From: the human T2T-CHM13v2.0 reference genome, Homo sapiens
Reading direction: 5' to 3' (one strand)
NCBI RefSeq assembly: GCF_009914755.1
Contig: NC_060946.1
DNA length: 64,000 bases
Made by a program: the position numbers and the translations under genes. Each line of letters opens with the position of its first letter. The stretch's first letter is position 1. The notes under the pieces are model-generated. The model was not told the DNA's origin, did not search any database, and saw only the letters and a list, made by a program, of their open reading frames with translations. Shown here in pieces: positions 56,828 through 64,000 of this stretch.

Positions 56828-58436
56828 CCAGTTCCTTCTTTTTCTGCTGCTAGAAAGCTTCACCACAGGCACGTCCAAAATGAACTCATCATTTCCCCCA
56901 AACCTGCAGACTCCACATTGATGAAAGACACCACCTGGCCCTGGGAGAGAAACCTGGGAACCATTCCTGATCCTCCCCACCGTGCTGCCCCCACATCAAT
57001 CAAATCCTGGCCCTTCTCTCTCTCACTTGGCTCCCCCTTGGCACCGGTCCTGGTTTAGGGTCCTCCTGCAGAGCTTGGGCCATTGCTTCAGCCTCCTCTT
57101 GCCAGCCGCCAGCAGTCGGCCTCCCACTCCTCCAATCTCACCTCCAGCCAAAGTAATCTTTGGAAAAACCCAGCTCCCACTTGGCCATGGCTCTTCTTGA
57201 GAACTAAATTGGAACCTGAATGCATCAGTTTTCTCCACTTGAACTCCACCTTCACATGAAAACATAAATGACATCCATAGAAACTCAGATCTAGGATTTA
57301 GGAAAAGGCGGTAGGGAACTTCCAGGAACTGCCCTGAGACCAGGACACTCAGGGTGCAGATGGTCCCCCTTCCTTCTGTCCACTATGTCCTGAACAATGG
57401 AACTGAGGGTCTGGTGGCAGGATCTGGTACCTGTGCTGGGCAGGGCCCAGGACATAGAGATGACCCAGAGGCAGTCCCTGCAGTGAGGGGCTCTGAGGAT
57501 GGGTCGTTGAGAATGACTGAAAGGGGAGGGGCCAGACAGGGGCAGAGCCAGCTTGAGAAGCACCTTGGAAGGCGGGCCAAGAGCTGGATCCATGCCCGTG
57601 GGCTGGGGGTGATGGCAGAGCATTAGCAGGACAGGGAATGGGTGGTGCTGGGCTTTCGTGCAATCCGGCTGAAGGCCACAAGCTCACCTATACCCCTTTC
57701 CAAATCTTAGCCTGTGGCTTGGGCTTTGCACTTGGGAATCAGGCTGAAGGACAGAGACCACCCTGGGCCCCACCATCCCTCAGCTAGAACTGCTTCTTAG
57801 GCCTGGGCCAGCATCTCCACAGTGCTGGGAGGCCTTCCTGTTGCAGCCTGAGAGTTTCTGATTAATAACAGATTTATGTGCATTTGATTCATTTTGCTTT
57901 TTAGAGGGCCTCAAGGAAATAAATATTTGCTCAGTGAATGAACAGTCCCCATTTCTCTAACATAACTCCCCTCCCAGTCTGCCCTGAGACACCCAAAGGG
58001 CAGAGCTAACAAGAGCTCGATGTGGTTTTGTCAATGATGGGGGCATCTCTAGTACAACAGTAATCATGGCTAATGCCTGCTGGGCCCCTATCATGTTCTC
58101 AGCATTTTATTTGGATGACTTCATGTCACGCTGGCAACAATCTGTGAGCTCCATGCTCTGATTACTCCCATTTGCAGATGAGAAATTGAGGCTGTCGTGG
58201 GCTAAGCCACCTGTGCAAAGTCACCCAGTCAGTGAGGATCTGGACCCAGGTGGTCTCACTCCAGAAAGCCCACTGTGATGCATGGTGCTGGGCTACCCTG
58301 GCCCCAAGATCCAGCAAAGCCCCTTCCTGTGGCACATTCTCTTTCACCCCCTTCTTCCTGCTAGAGCACAGACCTGAGCCAGCCACCCTCCAAGCCTATG
58401 ATCAGTGGGTGCACAGAGTCTAAAGAACCGTATTGA

Positions 58437-58770
<334 letters not shown>

Positions 58771-60880
58771 GAGCTGTATTGCACAGAATGTGGGGCAAAC
58801 TCAGAACAGTCAGTACTCAGCAGATGTCTGAGGAAAGAGTGACGGGTGCCTTCCCTAATAAGACAGTCAACAGCCCCCACCGCTTCAGGACCCTGCCTTG
58901 CCCGGGACCAGCACCTCTTTTGGATCCCAACACTAAAGGCTCTTGGGCAGCTGTAAATTGATATCTGGGAGGGGAAGTCCTCACCCCTCAATCCAGTTGA
59001 TATAAATGGATCCATCTGTCCTTTCCAAATGGCTGGTCCTATGAGCAGTCAGCTCCGTGGTCAAAAAGATTCACTGAACACCCACAGAATGGTCAAACGT
59101 TTTGGTGAATCCATCATAAATCAATGTGTGGTTTTCCTTTGGGAAGGCAGGCATGGGCTTTGGGTACAAGAGCGTCACGGAAGTGACAGTGGAGTACCCT
59201 GTCCCCACCTCCCCACAGAGGAGCCCATCCTAAAGGGGCCACTTCCAGCCATTCTGACTGCAGTCACTGCCTCCTGGGCCCTGGGTGCACGTAATTGGTT
59301 CTGCATGGTGTTTGTTATGGTTTATGTTGAAATCAGAAAGAAAGAACTTGGTGGGGAGGGTGTCAGAGACCACATGGTTGACTCCCTACTGGCGTCTCTA
59401 CTAACCTGTTCCCAATTAGAGGTTTGTGGGGCTCAGGACCTGGAGCTTGTTTGCAAAGCTCTTTGACCAAATTCAGCCTCTGAGGGCCCTTTTTGGAGCT
59501 GTGTTTCCTTTTTAAAATGCAGGCTAAAAAAGTGGAGGTGAGAAACAGCAAGATCGTGCAGCCGGGAAGGGTTGGGATATTATTAACCCTTGTCCTTCTG
59601 CACCAGGCTAAGTCCAGCAACAGGTTTACAGGGCTGACACTCCTCCAGCCAATGCTTCCAGCCATTGCTGGCCACCTGGATTCAAGAAAGAGCCAGGTGG
59701 AAATTTGGGAAGAAGCAGTATTTTCTTCCAGGGCTTGGGTACCATTTTTGCCGTCTACAGAAATACACTTCGCTATATTTAGGCAGTGCTATTAGCAGGC
59801 CTCTCTCTCTTTTTGTCCCCCTCAAGAATGTTTCTCAGTTTGTTTTTGTCATTTAACATTTTTTTCCTACCACCTGGAGAAATCATCAAACACTCACATC
59901 CATGAATCAAGTTTTCCTGCCGCTTGCTAATTAAAATAAATCTCTGGCCAGATCACGGCCATCTAACCTAATTTAGGTGTCAGTGGAAAATATGTGTGCA
60001 TGTTTCCCCCACCTCGGAGAGCTGGTCGCTGGTATTTATGGGCACCTGCTCTGTGCCAGGCACTGCTGGTTGCCCTACACACATTCGCTAAGTTCAGGCT
60101 CTTGTCCGCTGCGTTGTGGGAACTGTGATCCTCATACCACGTTACAGAGAGAACGCTGTGCCCTAGGGAGGTCACGCCACTTCAATTCCACAGCCACGGG
60201 GGCTCGGGGAGTTGGAGATCGGAATCCAGATTTGCTTGACTCTCATCTGTGTCCAACATGATGCTAAACAGCCGCCCTTGGTGTGGCACTCAGGTCAGAG
60301 CTGGAAGTGAGACATACTTGGGACATCCACTTCTGAGGTTCGGCAGATTTTATTTTAACTTAGAATTCCACTGGCGTGTGACTAATTGATCCTGCCTGAA
60401 GCGTGTTCCATCAAAGGGGCCCTGACCTAGGGACTCGAGGGGGTCAGACCTCCCTCCGAATACACCACCCTCCATCAGCACTACCCGAGAAGTCAGCTTT
60501 TAGCTTTCAGACCTCTCCCCAAGATGAAGGTGACAAGTGAGGCCTTCTTTATTGCTCCCAGAGGCCCCAGCATTTTAGGTATTTTAGGTATGAATTAGGA
60601 AAAACCACCCCCGCCCCCATGCAGGGCTCTCTGGGTGGGTGTGGTCCCTTGTCCAGACACATGGCTAGGCCAGCTTCCAGTGGGTGACATCCAGGGCACA
60701 GCCTTTATCCCAACAACTTACAACCACAGGGTCACAAGAAAATGGGTCATATGGATCATATTGAGGGAAGTGCGTGCAGACACCATTCTAAACACTTTTA
60801 GTTATATTAACTCATTTAATCTGCACAACCGTCATATGAGGTAGGTTCTATTACTATTGCCATTTCACAGATGAGGAAGC

Positions 60881-61205
60881 TGGTCGGGCGCGGTGGCTCA
60901 CACCTATAATCCCAGCATTTTGGGAGGCTGAGGCGGGTGGATTACGTGAGGTTAGGAGTTTGAGACCAGCCTGACCAACATGGCGAAAACTTGTCTCTAC
61001 TAAAAAAAAAAATACAAGAAAAATTAGCTAGGCATGGTGGCATGCACCTGTAATCCCAACTACTTCAGGAGGCTAGGGCAGGAGAATCGCTTGAACCCAG
61101 GAGGCAGAGGTTGTGGTAAGCCAAGATCACACTACCGCACTCCAGCCTGGGCAACTCGGTAAGACTGTATCTCAAAAAACAAACAAACAAACAAACAAAC
61201 AAACA
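60881..61205 (+). mobile_element. AluS inserted in a MIR
   Basis: TSD ACAGATGAGGAAGCTG on both sides. Confidence 0.88.
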
Positions 61206-61261
61206 GATGAGGAAGCTGAGGTTGTCATTTCAGAATACAGGAACCATGGGCCAAAGCTTTT

Positions 61262-61778
<517 letters not shown>

Positions 61779-63180
61779 CCAGGGTTATTTTATGTGACAA
61801 ACTCCACCACGTGACTCTCCTGAACCCTTCTGGGCAGCCCTCACTGTAACATCACAGAAGATGGACATGACCTCCAAAGCCCCCTCGGTCAGGTTCCTGC
61901 CTCGCCCCCTCCAGGGCCCCGCACCCACCCTGGTCTGGCAGCACTCCAAAAGTGCTCTGAGCCTTTGCACTGGCTATCTATCCTCCTCAGATTATCCTTC
62001 CCCACCTGCTCTGCCTGGCAAACACCTCTCCTTCATCTCTCGACACTTCCTTGAGCATCGTGGTTTGAGGGTCTTTTCAAGAGCAGCTTCTTTCTTCCTT
62101 CCTCTGGGTCCTGCTGTGTCCACCACATACATCTGTCACAGGACACCTTACAGCTTTTCTGTGTTCACTGTCCACCTCCTGCAATCGACAGTGGGTCCTG
62201 GGAGGACAGGTGCCAGGCCACTGTAGGGGTCTTGTGCCCTAGGCATCCTGCAGGCTGGCCCGGGCTAACTGCTTAGTGCTTGGGAAGGGCCCTGCCCTTC
62301 TGCTAACCCCCAGCCCAGGCCAGCCTTGTTCAATGAGTGTGCCCCCACCCGATCCCCATGGCACCCATGTTAGGCTCCTCAGGGATGATCTAAACCACAC
62401 TTAATATTTGCTGAAACCAAAATACCTTCTGTCTAGATCTGATGGTTGTGAAGTTCTGGATAACATAATCTAGCCTGTTCTTTTCTCATACTTGTTCGGT
62501 GGCACTGGTTTGCTGGTGTCTTGAGCATCTATGAAACAGTCTCGCAGAGGCCTGGGGAGAAAGCAAACAGACGTAGAAATCTTATGGACATTGCTGCTCA
62601 TTTCAGTGAACCCGAGGCCGTGTTCTTAGCAAAGCATCCTAGGAAACACCGGGCTAGGCATGCGTGGAGAACATGGGTCCTCAGACTCCCAGCTCCTCAA
62701 GGGAGATGTGCTCAAATTCATGGTGACGGTATTCAGATCGCTCAGGGTAAGGGCTTTCCAAATTGAGAGAAGCCCTCAGTACAGACCTCTTGCACCACTA
62801 AATACCTTACTCAGAAATTGCAGCATAATGGTTTGCATGGCTATAAAAGGGCCTGGAGTAAGCCATGTTGGCCAGGCCTCATGCCCAAATTCCTAGGGCA
62901 TTTTCTCCATCCTACAGCCCCACACTATTGGGGCTTTGTAGTAATGTCTGGGCGGCACCCACATGCGGGCCCCCCGTTGCCTTGAAATGACGGCCCATTG
63001 GTGCCCTACCTGGCTGTGTGCACTGGGATGACAGGTCCTGAGGAACACGGATGGTGGTGGTGAGAGAGGAGGAGGCAGCATGAATCTCAAGCCGCTTTCT
63101 GACTTGGGCAGCTGGCTGGGTGGGAGTCTCTTTCACAGAGGCAGGAAACACAGGAGGCAAGCCAGGGTTGGGGTGGAAAC

Positions 63181-63722
63181 ATGTAATCAGCGTCCTAGGG
63201 CTGCCATGACAAAGCCCCACAGACTGGCAGCTTAGACCCCAGACTTCTTTTTTTTTTGGAGACTGAGTTTTGCTTTTGTCACCCAGGCTGGAATGCAGTG
63301 GCGTGATCTCAGCTCACTGCAACCTCCACCTCCTGGGTTGAAGTGATTCTCCTGCCTCAGCCTCCCGAGTAGGTGGGACTACAGGCATGCACCATCACAC
63401 CAGCTAATTATTGTGTTTTTAGTAGAGATGAGGTTTCACCATGTTGGCCAGGTGTCGAACTCCTGACCTCAGGTGATCCACCCGCCTCGGCCTCCCGAAG
63501 TGTTGGGATTACAGACGTGAGCCACTGCGCCCAGCTTAGATCCTGGGCTTCTTTCCTCATAGTTCTGGAGGCTGGAAGTCCGAGACAAAGGTGTCGGCAG
63601 GGCTGGTTTCTTCAGAGGTCCCCCGCCTTGACCTGTAGATGCCTCCTCCTCCTTATGTCTTCACGTGGGCATCCCTCTGTGTGTGTCTGTGTCCTAATCT
63701 CTGCTTAAAAGAAGAATAAGGT
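63181..63722. mobile_element. MLT1 LTR with an antisense Alu at ~63248-63535
   Basis: AGGGCTGCCATGACAAAG...AGTTCTGGAGGCTGGAAGTCCGAG motifs; CAGCTTAGA repeated on both sides of the Alu. Confidence 0.78.
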
Positions 63723-63723
63723 G

Positions 63724-64000
<277 letters not shown>

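Overview
Primate (almost certainly human) genomic DNA matching the head-to-head SMC1B/RIBC2 locus (22q13.31 from recalled gene identity). SMC1B (meiotic cohesin SMC1-beta) is on the minus strand: coding exons 1-7 (418 codons) lie at 18454 down to 1248, and the gene continues past the left edge. RIBC2 (RIB43A-domain ciliary microtubule inner protein) is complete on the plus strand: 7 coding exons, 18774-37195, 382 aa. All introns are GT-AG and phase-consistent. The two ATGs are 320 bp apart in a CpG island carrying E2F-type and RFX X-box motifs and a 36-codon uORF in front of RIBC2. The rest is intronic or intergenic and dominated by dozens of Alus, ERV1 solo LTRs (MER52, LTR9/MER61-like, MER4, MER21, LTR12C, LTR6), MLT1, L1M, L2, MIR, Charlie and MER5. 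Almost all ORFs in the supplied track are Alu/LTR artefacts. I see no new gene system. The most unusual signal is a cluster of short, locally templated copies in RIBC2 introns 3-5: a perfect 114-bp copy, an inverted ~115-bp copy of a unique Alu-Alu junction, and an older ~77-bp copy, next to a perfect 50-bp AT palindrome. Repeat family names and boundaries were assigned by eye from remembered consensus sequences and need RepeatMasker confirmation.
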